Source: a virus (Duplodnaviria; Caudoviricetes). Taken from it: DNA of 62,595 nt. This document shows positions 1-7,950 of the stretch, piece by piece. Under the pieces are notes generated by a model. That model saw only the letters and a list, made by a program, of their open reading frames with translations. It had not been told where the DNA came from and made no database searches. The DNA is taken from positions 1 to 62,595 of IMG/VR virus record IMGVR_UViG_3300021963_000130; one strand, given 5' to 3'. How positions within the stretch are numbered: the first letter of the stretch is position 1; every line of letters starts with the position of its first letter. The translations under genes and the position numbers were made by a program.

Positions 1-86
1 ACATTTGCTTCACGCAAATACTCTTTGTTGGGCTGGTTGTACACATCCACGGTCGGGATAGTTTTGGGTTGTTTGTATTCAGCCAT
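1..86 (-). CDS. Small hypothetical virion-region protein, 3' end truncated by window edge (MAEYKQPKTIPTVDVYNQPNKEYLREAN...)
   Basis: ATG at 86-84 right after the stop of the upstream gene; frame open to position 1. Confidence 0.6.
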   Translation of the reverse strand, partial: MAEYKQPKTIPTVDVYNQPNKEYLREAN

Positions 87-87
87 T

Positions 88-285
88 TCAGCCTCCGCGA
101 CCAACAGAACGCTGATTCATGACCTTGGCCATGTTGCGTCCGTACTTGAGCATGTCGCCGTTGGTTTTACCGCCAGCCTTGAGCTTTGTCATTGGCTTGC
201 CGGGGTGCATGTTCTTCTCATGCTTGCCAATCGCGGACTTAATCATCTTCTTGTCCTGTGCCAAATCTTTCTTGTCTTCTGCCAT
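88..285 (-). CDS. Small basic hypothetical protein (MAEDKK..., LKAGG motif)
   Basis: AAGGAG RBS upstream of ATG 285; part of late operon. Confidence 0.75.
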   Translation of the reverse strand: MAEDKKDLAQDKKMIKSAIGKHEKNMHPGKPMTKLKAGGKTNGDMLKYGRNMAKVMNQRSVGRGG

Positions 286-295
286 GATCGACTCC

Positions 296-724
296 TTATG
301 TCGTTGCAATCGTAACTGTACCAAGTTCCACCACTAAAACCAAGTTATTTGGTGTTAAAGCTGCGTCAAAGAACGCTGCTCCACCAACTGGGTTCCAGCC
401 CCACTGAAATATCCGGCTACCCCCACTGAGTATGCCTTGTGCGTCTTCAGCAGTGCTGTCTGTCTCAACCACTTGCAAACCTGTGCGCCCAGAAACTTGG
501 TAACTCAGGTCAGGACGCGGGTCACGCACCCCTTGCGGGTCATCCACTGGGTACATACCCAGCAACAACTGTGGCTGATCTGGTTCCCAGCACTCAGGGC
601 ACACTTTCAAGTCGTATGTCTTGGTTTTGACAACGAGCTTCTTGAGCGCCGTGAGCTTGAACCGGAAACCGCAACGGTCGCACTCGGCAATTGAGTTTTT
701 GCCACTGGCAAACCGATTTCCCAT
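296..724 (-). CDS. Hypothetical protein with CxxC...CxxC zinc-binding motif
   Basis: CDRC and CPEC pairs; coupled to upstream stop. Confidence 0.7.
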   Translation of the reverse strand: MGNRFASGKNSIAECDRCGFRFKLTALKKLVVKTKTYDLKVCPECWEPDQPQLLLGMYPVDDPQGVRDPRPDLSYQVSGRTGLQVVETDSTAEDAQGILSGGSRIFQWGWNPVGGAAFFDAALTPNNLVLVVELGTVTIATT

Positions 725-1653
725 CAGCCGCCCCCAATGAACATCTGTCTGGGCACAAGCCGCAAGGCTGCACGTTCTTGATCCTCATCAGCCGCCGACA
801 TCCAAGCCTCGTCATACTGGGCTTTCAGCACTACCAGCCTGTCCATGCCACCCGGAACCTTCAAAGCGATGTAGTAGGCCAGTCCAGCCACCATGCAGGG
901 CACAAATCGGAAGGGCACATCCATGACATTTACACCGCTGCCAGCATCCTGCACCCGGCGCATGCGCCAGTACACAAATTGATAGGTCTGGGAGCCATCA
1001 GGAGTGGGCCAGACAGTGATTCGGGGGAGGTTGGGTACGTAGACAGCCACACCAGCGGTGTGGGCTGCGGCGGTCGTGTTGTTCTGGGCACGAAAACAGT
1101 CGCCCAAGTCGTTGCCATCCACGTAGGTGTAGTAGATTGTCTCGGTGCCCAACGTGATGTAGCCAGATGTGGCCAGCCCAGTGGTACTGGAAAGAGTAAT
1201 TGTGGTGTCTGTGGACGTGATGGTGGTCGCCAAAGTTACGCCAGAGGGGGCATTCTGGCCATCCAGCCGCTGATACCAGACTTGAATTGGTCGGGCTTGG
1301 GTCAGTTTGTTGGGGATGGTTGCGTAGGTGGACACGCTGATGCGTGTGATTGTCAAATCTGACTGGGTTGCGGCCACGTTTGCATTGGTTCGGATCACAT
1401 GATCCAGCAAATCCACCGTATCGGTGGGGATGGCGTAGGTATTTAACCCTTGCTCAAAGGTAATCGTGCCCTGCTCAAACGTCCACATGTTGATGCCACG
1501 GTTTGCCCAGTCAGCAAACAGTAAGTTCAGTGATCGCCGAGCCGTTTTCAGGTCATAGCCCGTACGCAACTCTGAACCAGCACGCTCAAAAGCTTCCTCT
1601 ACCAGTTCGGTGAGGTCTAAATTGAAGCCTGTTGACCCAGAGGTGTTCGCCAT
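724..1653 (-). CDS. Putative head-tail adaptor / tail tubular-type structural protein
   Basis: 309 aa, helical termini with beta-rich insert, downstream of capsid genes. Confidence 0.6.
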   Translation of the reverse strand: MANTSGSTGFNLDLTELVEEAFERAGSELRTGYDLKTARRSLNLLFADWANRGINMWTFEQGTITFEQGLNTYAIPTDTVDLLDHVIRTNANVAATQSDLTITRISVSTYATIPNKLTQARPIQVWYQRLDGQNAPSGVTLATTITSTDTTITLSSTTGLATSGYITLGTETIYYTYVDGNDLGDCFRAQNNTTAAAHTAGVAVYVPNLPRITVWPTPDGSQTYQFVYWRMRRVQDAGSGVNVMDVPFRFVPCMVAGLAYYIALKVPGGMDRLVVLKAQYDEAWMSAADEDQERAALRLVPRQMFIGGG

Positions 1654-1886
1654 TATCTAAATCCTGCCGTTTTCTTTGCTATGCCTTTAGGCTGAGCCAC
1701 AAACTGCTTACCTGCTGCCTTACCCTTACGCTTGGCCTTGGTTGTCGCAGCATACTCTGCTGGAGACAACGACTTGATAGCCGCTTCTGGCAAATACCGT
1801 TCACCGGTTTTGCTGGAAGGCTTTCCCGACTTGGTACGCCACTTTTGGTCGCCCCAGTTTTTTAAGGACTGTTGCGGCGCTTTCAA
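1653..1886 (-). CDS. Small basic protein (DUF5872-like, C-terminal part)
   Basis: SLKNWGDQKWRT...ERYLP motif; TTG start overlapping upstream stop. Confidence 0.6.
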   Translation of the reverse strand: MKAPQQSLKNWGDQKWRTKSGKPSSKTGERYLPEAAIKSLSPAEYAATTKAKRKGKAAGKQFVAQPKGIAKKTAGFR

Positions 1887-2158
1887 TCTTTGTAGCCCCC
1901 GCCTGCCGCCTTGTACTTCTTGGCAACAAGTTGTGCTTTACGGGCTGACCATTGACCTGCACCAGTACCGTGGGTAGCCGCTGCCTTGACCTGAGACACA
2001 ATCTTCTTGCGCAGGGTAGGCTTGGTGTAGTTACCCGCCGCGTTGACTTTGCCGCCTTCTTTGTACTGAGTGAAGTCGGTGTCATCGCGGCGTGCTTTCT
2101 TCACACCGTTGGGCATTTTGGAGGGGTTGATGTCCCCCATTCCACGGCTGGCTCTCAT
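1883..2158 (-). CDS. Small basic protein (DUF5872-like, N-terminal part; YKEGG motif)
   Basis: NYTKPTLR...GQWSARKAQL...YKAAGGGY motif. Confidence 0.65.
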   Translation of the reverse strand: MRASRGMGDINPSKMPNGVKKARRDDTDFTQYKEGGKVNAAGNYTKPTLRKKIVSQVKAAATHGTGAGQWSARKAQLVAKKYKAAGGGYKD

Positions 2159-2159
2159 C

Positions 2160-2531
2160 TCAGCACATCTTTCCGCCGGATTTCATGGTAATCATTTTGC
2201 CTTTAGTTTTGCCTTTGGAAGCAATGCCGTCACGGCTGGGAGCAGCAGTTTTCACTGAGCCCATCTTGGCAGAAGTGATGCCGCCAGAGGCCATCTTCTT
2301 CATACCCATTTCTTTTTTGTCCATTGCTTTGTCTTTGGCAGATGCTTCAAACTTTGCAAACGGGTTCATTTTCTTTGTAGCCATATCACCACCTCTTTTA
2401 AAAGTTTTGCCTTTGTCGGCAGTTGAAAAATCCTTGCCCACAGACTGCGGGACTCCGACTTTCTTGGCAAACGATGGCGAGTGCGCAATCGCTTCCATGA
2501 AATTGTGTTGCTTCTTACTTGTGCTCGGCAT
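2160..2531 (-). CDS. Small basic K/M/G-rich protein with three x-x-x-GG motifs
   Basis: FKRGG, MASGG, MKSGG; tight operon packing. Confidence 0.7.
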   Translation of the reverse strand: MPSTSKKQHNFMEAIAHSPSFAKKVGVPQSVGKDFSTADKGKTFKRGGDMATKKMNPFAKFEASAKDKAMDKKEMGMKKMASGGITSAKMGSVKTAAPSRDGIASKGKTKGKMITMKSGGKMC

Positions 2532-2721
2532 CGTCTGCCTTCTTTTTACGAAGCAGCTTGTAAAAATCTTTACCTGTAGCCATTTCGTAAATGCGCATGG
2601 CTCCCACTACTGCGCCAATCAAGGCAAACAGTGGGTTAAACATTTCCAAGAACGCGCCAAACGTGCTGAAGATCGCCACGAAATCCAGTACATTTTTTAC
2701 GTTGTCTGTGTGTTCGGTCAT
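2515..2721 (-). CDS. Small membrane protein (holin-like topology)
   Basis: Hydrophobic segments followed by basic C-terminus. Confidence 0.55.
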   Translation of the reverse strand: MTEHTDNVKNVLDFVAIFSTFGAFLEMFNPLFALIGAVVGAMRIYEMATGKDFYKLLRKKKADDAEHK

Positions 2722-3068
2722 TACAAGTACCTACCTTTTGTTTTGCCTTTGACAGCACAGCCATCTGCACGAGAAGAAGCGCTGGAGACTTTGCCGCCTT
2801 TGGCCATTTGAATTGGGTTATCCAAACTTGGAGACTGGCCCGGTTTCATTCCGCCCCCTAAACTACCTCCACGCAATTGCAGAGATCGTAGTTTTTTCTC
2901 GGTGTCGTACCGTGGGTTGTTTTTGTACTCTTCAGCACCTTTTTTAATCTCATCCGCAGTACGTTTACTACGTTCAGCTTGTTGTTTGGCAACGGACTCG
3001 TCCGAAGCTTTTGGTGGTGAAACCATTTTTGACTTTTTACCGTCTTTTTCAAAGTCTGTGTCATCCAT
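2721..3068 (-). CDS. Small charged protein ending MAKGGKVSSASSRADGCAVKGKTKGRYL
   Basis: GAGG RBS; C-terminal motif shared with 2160-2531. Confidence 0.7.
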   Translation of the reverse strand: MDDTDFEKDGKKSKMVSPPKASDESVAKQQAERSKRTADEIKKGAEEYKNNPRYDTEKKLRSLQLRGGSLGGGMKPGQSPSLDNPIQMAKGGKVSSASSRADGCAVKGKTKGRYL

Positions 3069-3075
3069 GTTTACC

Positions 3076-3330
3076 TCAACATTTCCAAGCCCGAAGGCTT
3101 TTGTTAATCCTCGAATCGGGGTCTTTTGCGGTCTTCGTACTTGTCAGCTTCTTCTTCATGCCTTCCATACGGGCGCAGAAAGAGTCTCGGCGTTTGCCGC
3201 CCTCTGGTTGAGGAGCTTTCAGGCCCGGCTTGCCGGGGTTCGCCTTGTTGTAGGAAGCCCGACCTTTGGCGTTCAAGCCGCCCTTCTCGGATTTCCCTTC
3301 CTTGCGTGTCCATGCTGGTGACTTAGCCAT
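3076..3330 (-). CDS. Small basic protein (DUF6321-like)
   Basis: AWTRKEGK..GGLNAKGRASYN...SFCARM...SLRAWKC motif. Confidence 0.65.
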   Translation of the reverse strand: MAKSPAWTRKEGKSEKGGLNAKGRASYNKANPGKPGLKAPQPEGGKRRDSFCARMEGMKKKLTSTKTAKDPDSRINKSLRAWKC

Positions 3331-3622
3331 AAAACGCCGTCACGCCAGTAATAGCCGCAGACGTGGCAAAGTAGATGTTTGTGCTGAACTTGACACCTTC
3401 TCCCGGAATAAGGATGTACACCGCATTTGGGTTGGTGTTGGACACAATATCAAACTCCACCAGTGTGGTGCCGCCAGAACCGCCGTCTTTGAAAGTAATG
3501 GCCGATGCCGTGCTTGCCGCACCAACAATGACAAAACCCTTCAACCGCGCAGGTTGGCCAAAGATCGAACCGGACGTATTTAAGTGCGTTGACTTAACGT
3601 CATATTGCATTGTCATAATCAA
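3323..3622 (-). CDS. Small beta-rich virion structural protein
   Basis: AGGAG RBS, composition and context; exact start uncertain. Confidence 0.6.
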   Translation of the reverse strand: MIMTMQYDVKSTHLNTSGSIFGQPARLKGFVIVGAASTASAITFKDGGSGGTTLVEFDIVSNTNPNAVYILIPGEGVKFSTNIYFATSAAITGVTAFYG

Positions 3623-3633
3623 ACTCCTGATTT

Positions 3634-3654
3634 AACAGGGGCCGAAGCCCCGTT
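3634..3654 (-). other. Intergenic cUUCGg tetraloop hairpin
   Basis: AACGGGGC-TTCG-GCCCCTGTT on minus strand; no U-tract. Confidence 0.55.
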
Positions 3655-3661
3655 GGGTTGA

Positions 3662-4201
3662 TTAGGAAGTAGCGAACGGTGTGGCAACAGTGCCTGAACC
3701 CAACACAGTGCCTTTGACCATGTACTTCAGTGCAGCAATAGCAAAAACCTGAATCCAAGTACCTGCAATACCGCCAGTAGTGCTGCCGTTCAGGTTAATG
3801 AAGACATCACTTGCGCCAGCAACAAAACCACGGGCTGCGTCTGTTGAATCGGTATCAATAGACATGACCGCGCCAACATACTTGTCAGTACCATCAGTGC
3901 CGATTTTCACGGAGCTTGTGGCAACGGTTGTGGGAACCCAGATTGTGTACAGCACGCCTTGGTTGTTGGTGGTGCTTGGGTCTTGGCCGGGGCCAGAAGT
4001 TGTGGGATTAGTTGCAGCACTGATAGTGGGCAGAGTCAAAACAAGATTTGCTGCCAAAGTGCCGCCAACAGAAAGAATACGACCGCCGTGGTCGGTAGGG
4101 TTCAATGTGGTTGAAGCTGTGATTGCAACAACAGAGGCTGGGCCTTGTTGGTATGCGCCGCCCAATGAACGAACTGGGCCTTGAAACGTAGTGCGTGCCA
4201 T
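3662..4201 (-). CDS. Putative capsid decoration / virion structural protein
   Basis: T/G/A-rich 179 aa immediately downstream of MCP. Confidence 0.6.
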   Translation of the reverse strand: MARTTFQGPVRSLGGAYQQGPASVVAITASTTLNPTDHGGRILSVGGTLAANLVLTLPTISAATNPTTSGPGQDPSTTNNQGVLYTIWVPTTVATSSVKIGTDGTDKYVGAVMSIDTDSTDAARGFVAGASDVFINLNGSTTGGIAGTWIQVFAIAALKYMVKGTVLGSGTVATPFATS

Positions 4202-4204
4202 GAT

Positions 4205-4282
4205 GATTCCTTACATGCAAGTAGCGCATCTGTCTGCATGTCGTCAGCCGGGACTGTCAGATGCACCGGAAACCCCGGAATG
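4205..4282 (-). ncRNA. Candidate structured RNA leader (two hairpins with loop-loop pairing, CUGACGA linker)
   Basis: CCGGG/CCCGG, ACAUGCAG/UUGCAUGU and loop pairing GUGCAUCUG/CAGAUGCGC. Confidence 0.5.
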
Positions 4283-4296
4283 GTTTGAATATACCT

Positions 4297-4327
4297 CAAA
4301 AGAAAAAGGGGCGCTAGCCCCCTTTTC
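4297..4327 (-). terminator. Rho-independent terminator after major capsid gene
   Basis: G/C-rich stem AAAAGGGGC...GCCCCTTTT followed by U-tract on minus strand. Confidence 0.8.
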
Positions 4328-4336
4328 AGCTTTCGC

Positions 4337-5266
4337 TTACGCGCCAGCAGAACCCCACATACCGAGGGGATCAGACCAGCCGAAGCTATAACGTTCACGA
4401 GCTTTGTAACGGACGTTGCCGGTATCAAAGTCGCCGTCCATTGAGTTAGCCAGAGGCATACGCTCAAAGTGCTTCATGCCGTTTGGAACGTCAGTAATCA
4501 AATACCAGCCGTTGACATCGGTCAAGAAGTGATTGACGGTGTAGCCTTCAGGGATTGCACCCATCTGCTTCAACGCGTTGATGTCGTTGTCAGCAGTAGA
4601 GACACGCAGTTCAGTATCAAGCAAACGCTTGGCAACGAACATCAGTGAAGGTGGAATAACCATCTTGCGAGGCTTGGCGGCGATCAACAGACCACGTTCA
4701 TCAGTCCACGCTGCGATTTGAATCACGGCGTTTTCCAATGAAGTTTCGTTCAGGTCAACACCAGTGGTGGGGCTGTTGTAGTTAACAGAACCGTTCACCA
4801 ATGGGTGGCCAACACGAGTGCTGGAGCTGTTGTTACCGAACAAGGTAACGCCGTCACCGCCCAAGTAGGAGCCGTTGAAACCGTTGTTGATAACGGAAGC
4901 GGCTTTAACTTGCTTGGTGTAGGACATGGCACGGGCCAGAGCTTTGGTGTAACGAGCAGACAGGCTGTCGTACAAGTTATCTTCGACCGCTTCTTCAGTG
5001 ATCGAGAAACCCAGAGCAATGGTTTCGTGGTTGTAACGTGCGGTGAAAGCTTCCTGCGCATTGTCATAAGAAATTGCAGAACCTTCATTCTTTACGGGAG
5101 CGGCACCGAAACCAGCAAGCTTGGTCTCTTCTTCAAAGCTACGCTCAGATTTCTCTGTTTCGTAGATTTCTTTGTGCTCTTCGCCGTAGCGTGCGTACTC
5201 CATACCAAACAATGCGTTCAGTCCGGGGAGCAACTCTTTCAGTAGTTGTGCGCGTGAAATTGTCAT
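4337..5266 (-). CDS. Major capsid protein (Mu gpT-like HK97 fold)
   Basis: ISRAQLLKELLPGLNALFG...YKARERYSFGWSDP signature; strong RBS; terminator downstream. Confidence 0.9.
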   Translation of the reverse strand: MTISRAQLLKELLPGLNALFGMEYARYGEEHKEIYETEKSERSFEEETKLAGFGAAPVKNEGSAISYDNAQEAFTARYNHETIALGFSITEEAVEDNLYDSLSARYTKALARAMSYTKQVKAASVINNGFNGSYLGGDGVTLFGNNSSSTRVGHPLVNGSVNYNSPTTGVDLNETSLENAVIQIAAWTDERGLLIAAKPRKMVIPPSLMFVAKRLLDTELRVSTADNDINALKQMGAIPEGYTVNHFLTDVNGWYLITDVPNGMKHFERMPLANSMDGDFDTGNVRYKARERYSFGWSDPLGMWGSAGA

Positions 5267-5279
5267 TTTGAGTTACTCC

Positions 5280-5906
5280 TTACAGGCCAACTGCGTTGGT
5301 AAATGAGTGATAGCCGGGGTTAATTTTGACAAGGATGTCGGTGTAAGCATCGCCTACAGTCGAGAAGCCTTGCATATTAACGAACCCAACAACACGGAAA
5401 GCTGCGGTGGTAGTCACAGCAGAGGAACCAACCACGACAGAAGCCGTAGAGTTACCTGTTGATGTGCTGCCTGTTGCCACAGCGCTGGTTGAGAAGAATA
5501 TGTTTGCGCCCAATGCAGTTTGTGCAACAGTACCAGCGGACTGGACTTGGAACACAACACCGGGATCATCCACAACGTAAGCGTTAATCACGCCAGTAAC
5601 ACCTGTGGGGTAGTACTGTGCATAGATCACTTGACCTTGCGTGTTGATGTACGAACAGCCAACGAACACACCCACGATACCGGTATTAGCGGTGCCAGTA
5701 GGGAAGCCATTGGTGGTCGCGTCAGCGCCGGTTGCGGTTGCCACAGCCAGATAGCCAGACGCATTCACATACACGGGCGAACCGTTGTAAATGCTTGAGG
5801 CAGTGCCTGCGGGGTCGATGAGATAAGAACGGGTCGCACCTGCATATGGTGTGCCGCCCAACTCATTTACGGGTTTTAGGCCGTAAGGGGATGCTACTGA
5901 TGCCAT
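5280..5906 (-). CDS. Putative capsid cement/decoration protein
   Basis: PYGLKP N-terminus, beta-rich, directly upstream of MCP. Confidence 0.6.
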   Translation of the reverse strand: MASVASPYGLKPVNELGGTPYAGATRSYLIDPAGTASSIYNGSPVYVNASGYLAVATATGADATTNGFPTGTANTGIVGVFVGCSYINTQGQVIYAQYYPTGVTGVINAYVVDDPGVVFQVQSAGTVAQTALGANIFFSTSAVATGSTSTGNSTASVVVGSSAVTTTAAFRVVGFVNMQGFSTVGDAYTDILVKINPGYHSFTNAVGL

Positions 5907-5921
5907 TTAAGGACTCCTTGT

Positions 5922-6374
5922 TTATTTAGAACCTGAACCAAATCCGGCTCCGCGACTGACTGACGATTTTTTCTCGGCAAACAGCGGCATTATCGGATTG
6001 TTGTTTCGCATGAAGTGGTTGTCCACTGATTCCATCTGGTTCTGAGCTTGTTTGTCGTAGTACTCATTACGTGCATCCGCTTTATCGGAAGGCATCTTGC
6101 AAAGCATGAGGCCACCAATTTCAACGTTACCCGTTTTTTCACTACCAACAATCATTAACTCAGGATGATCTACTGCTTTCACCGGCTCCCAACCATCGCG
6201 GAACTTGCGTGACACGTTGGTCGGTTCGTGCTGACCCAAGACATGTGTAGCTACCCAACGGTAGATATATCCGGGTTCAGGTGTCGGATCGGGCAGTGCA
6301 GTCGGCGGTACGTATACAGCACGAGCTTGCTTTTCGCGTGACACATTGTCACGAGGGTTACGGTTTTCAGCCAT
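5922..6374 (-). CDS. Head-morphogenesis-region hypothetical protein
   Basis: YRWV...GWEPV...GGLMLCK motif between scaffold and MCP. Confidence 0.65.
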   Translation of the reverse strand: MAENRNPRDNVSREKQARAVYVPPTALPDPTPEPGYIYRWVATHVLGQHEPTNVSRKFRDGWEPVKAVDHPELMIVGSEKTGNVEIGGLMLCKMPSDKADARNEYYDKQAQNQMESVDNHFMRNNNPIMPLFAEKKSSVSRGAGFGSGSK

Positions 6375-7317
6375 TTTGATTCTCCAGTTTTAAAACTTCT
6401 GCAACATATTTTTTCGGGTCGAGGTTGTACTTTTTAATTAACGCAGCTTGAGTCGGCGTTAACTGTATCTTCCTTGTCCCGGTTGAACGTGATGCAGGGG
6501 CCACCACGGATGATGGACGCCTCGGAGTCTCACTCGACCTAGGCCTTTCGTCGTTTCCACCGAAAACTTCAGGGAACTTCGACTTCACGCGAGCATCTAT
6601 TTGCTCGAAGTAATCATCGCTGCGGGGATCGACCCCGTTGTTGACTAGTTTCTGGTGCAGCCCTAGTGCAAAGCTGGTAACTTCTTCAAACCCGTCTGTG
6701 CCAAACCACTGGTTTTTTGCTTGCCAGCGCAAGGTTTTTTCGTCAGCACGCACCGGTTCGGGTGCTTGTTGTCGCTGTTGTACCTCATAATTTTCGTTCT
6801 GTAAAGGGGGTGGACGAAAATTCTGCGCATTTTGCACTTTTGTTTTGGCTTCAAACAACGCTTCTTGGGCGGCAAGGATGGCATCAGAGTCAAAAGACTC
6901 CTGTGCGGCCTTGTAATCCCGGCGTGCTTTGTCCAATTCAGCTTCGGCAGCAGACTTGGCCATTGCGCCATACTGTTCTGTGCCGTTGCTTACGTACTGC
7001 TTTAGTTTGTTGTTTTCGCTGACGTAGTGCTGTGCAAGACGCTCAAGCTCTTGCTTTTCCCTCAAAAGGGTTTCTTTGGCTCGACGTTCGTCGTGACGGG
7101 CATGGGTCAACTCTTTGATGCGTTTTTGGGCACCTTGGGTGTATGACTCAATCTCATCATCGGTTGGGTCTGCTACCTCTTTGTCAAGGGGGCGGCGACC
7201 ACGATCCTGTTCAGGCGTGTCGTCAACGATTTCAATTTCAACATCCTCTTCGGTTTGAATTTCAACCTTCTGATTCTTGTTGTCATCAAGTTCGTCGGGG
7301 AACTTGTATTCGGCCAT
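6367..7317 (-). CDS. Putative scaffolding protein
   Basis: Acidic N-terminus, long coiled coil, between portal and MCP. Confidence 0.7.
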   Translation of the reverse strand: MAEYKFPDELDDNKNQKVEIQTEEDVEIEIVDDTPEQDRGRRPLDKEVADPTDDEIESYTQGAQKRIKELTHARHDERRAKETLLREKQELERLAQHYVSENNKLKQYVSNGTEQYGAMAKSAAEAELDKARRDYKAAQESFDSDAILAAQEALFEAKTKVQNAQNFRPPPLQNENYEVQQRQQAPEPVRADEKTLRWQAKNQWFGTDGFEEVTSFALGLHQKLVNNGVDPRSDDYFEQIDARVKSKFPEVFGGNDERPRSSETPRRPSSVVAPASRSTGTRKIQLTPTQAALIKKYNLDPKKYVAEVLKLENQNG

Positions 7318-7328
7318 ATCTACTCCTT

Positions 7329-7763
7329 TTAAGCGCGGGTAAGCCCACGAGGGTCTTGCACAACAGCGTCCACTTGGTCATCATTGATGAGCCGGAACTC
7401 TTTTCCAAAAATCTTAAAGCGCGTACCTGAATATGTACGCACGAGCACAAAGTCACCTTTCTTGCACCACGCTCCTGCGGGAAACTTGGTCTGGTCTTTG
7501 TACGCGTCGGGGCCAACCTTAAGCACAAACAGAACAGTTGTTGCATGTTCTTCTTGACGCATGGAGGAGGTGGCTTTCACGAGATCAAGCTCAGTACCGT
7601 CAATCCTTTCGGAGATGTCGGGTACGGCACACAGCAGCTTCCATCCTGTCGGCTCTGGCAGCATGGTGGCTTTTTCATCGTCTGTTGCGTCTTGCGCTGG
7701 CGCTTCGACGGGTTGGATTTCAGGCAGGGCAAATTGCCCCGGTTCTAGAACGAGTTCACTCAT
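7329..7763 (-). CDS. groES: GroES/Cpn10-like co-chaperonin
   Basis: PTGWKLL...VLKVGPDAY...WCKKGDFV...YSGTRFKI...RLINDDQVDAVV matches Cpn10 pattern. Confidence 0.85.
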   Translation of the reverse strand: MSELVLEPGQFALPEIQPVEAPAQDATDDEKATMLPEPTGWKLLCAVPDISERIDGTELDLVKATSSMRQEEHATTVLFVLKVGPDAYKDQTKFPAGAWCKKGDFVLVRTYSGTRFKIFGKEFRLINDDQVDAVVQDPRGLTRA

Positions 7764-7950
7764 CGGATTTTTCTACTTTCTCAGCAAGGTCAAGGAGATG
7801 GCGCTCTGCGATAGCTAGACCCTGAATAACACCGCAAAGTTTTTGATACTCTTCAAAAGTGCGACACCCACCACCAGCGCAGTCATCTGCGTAGTTGTTC
7901 ATGTCGGTACGTATTTTTTCGCGCAATACGCGTGCGAATTCGGAAATCAT
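7756..7950 (-). CDS. Small hypothetical protein
   Basis: EYQKLCGVIQGL helix; coupled to portal and GroES genes. Confidence 0.7.
   Translation of the reverse strand: MISEFARVLREKIRTDMNNYADDCAGGGCRTFEEYQKLCGVIQGLAIAERHLLDLAEKVEKSDE

Noticed and set aside
4205-4282. Canonical hammerhead ribozyme call
   Set aside because: CUGANGA is present but the GAAA strand and stem III are missing; kept only as a candidate structured RNA.
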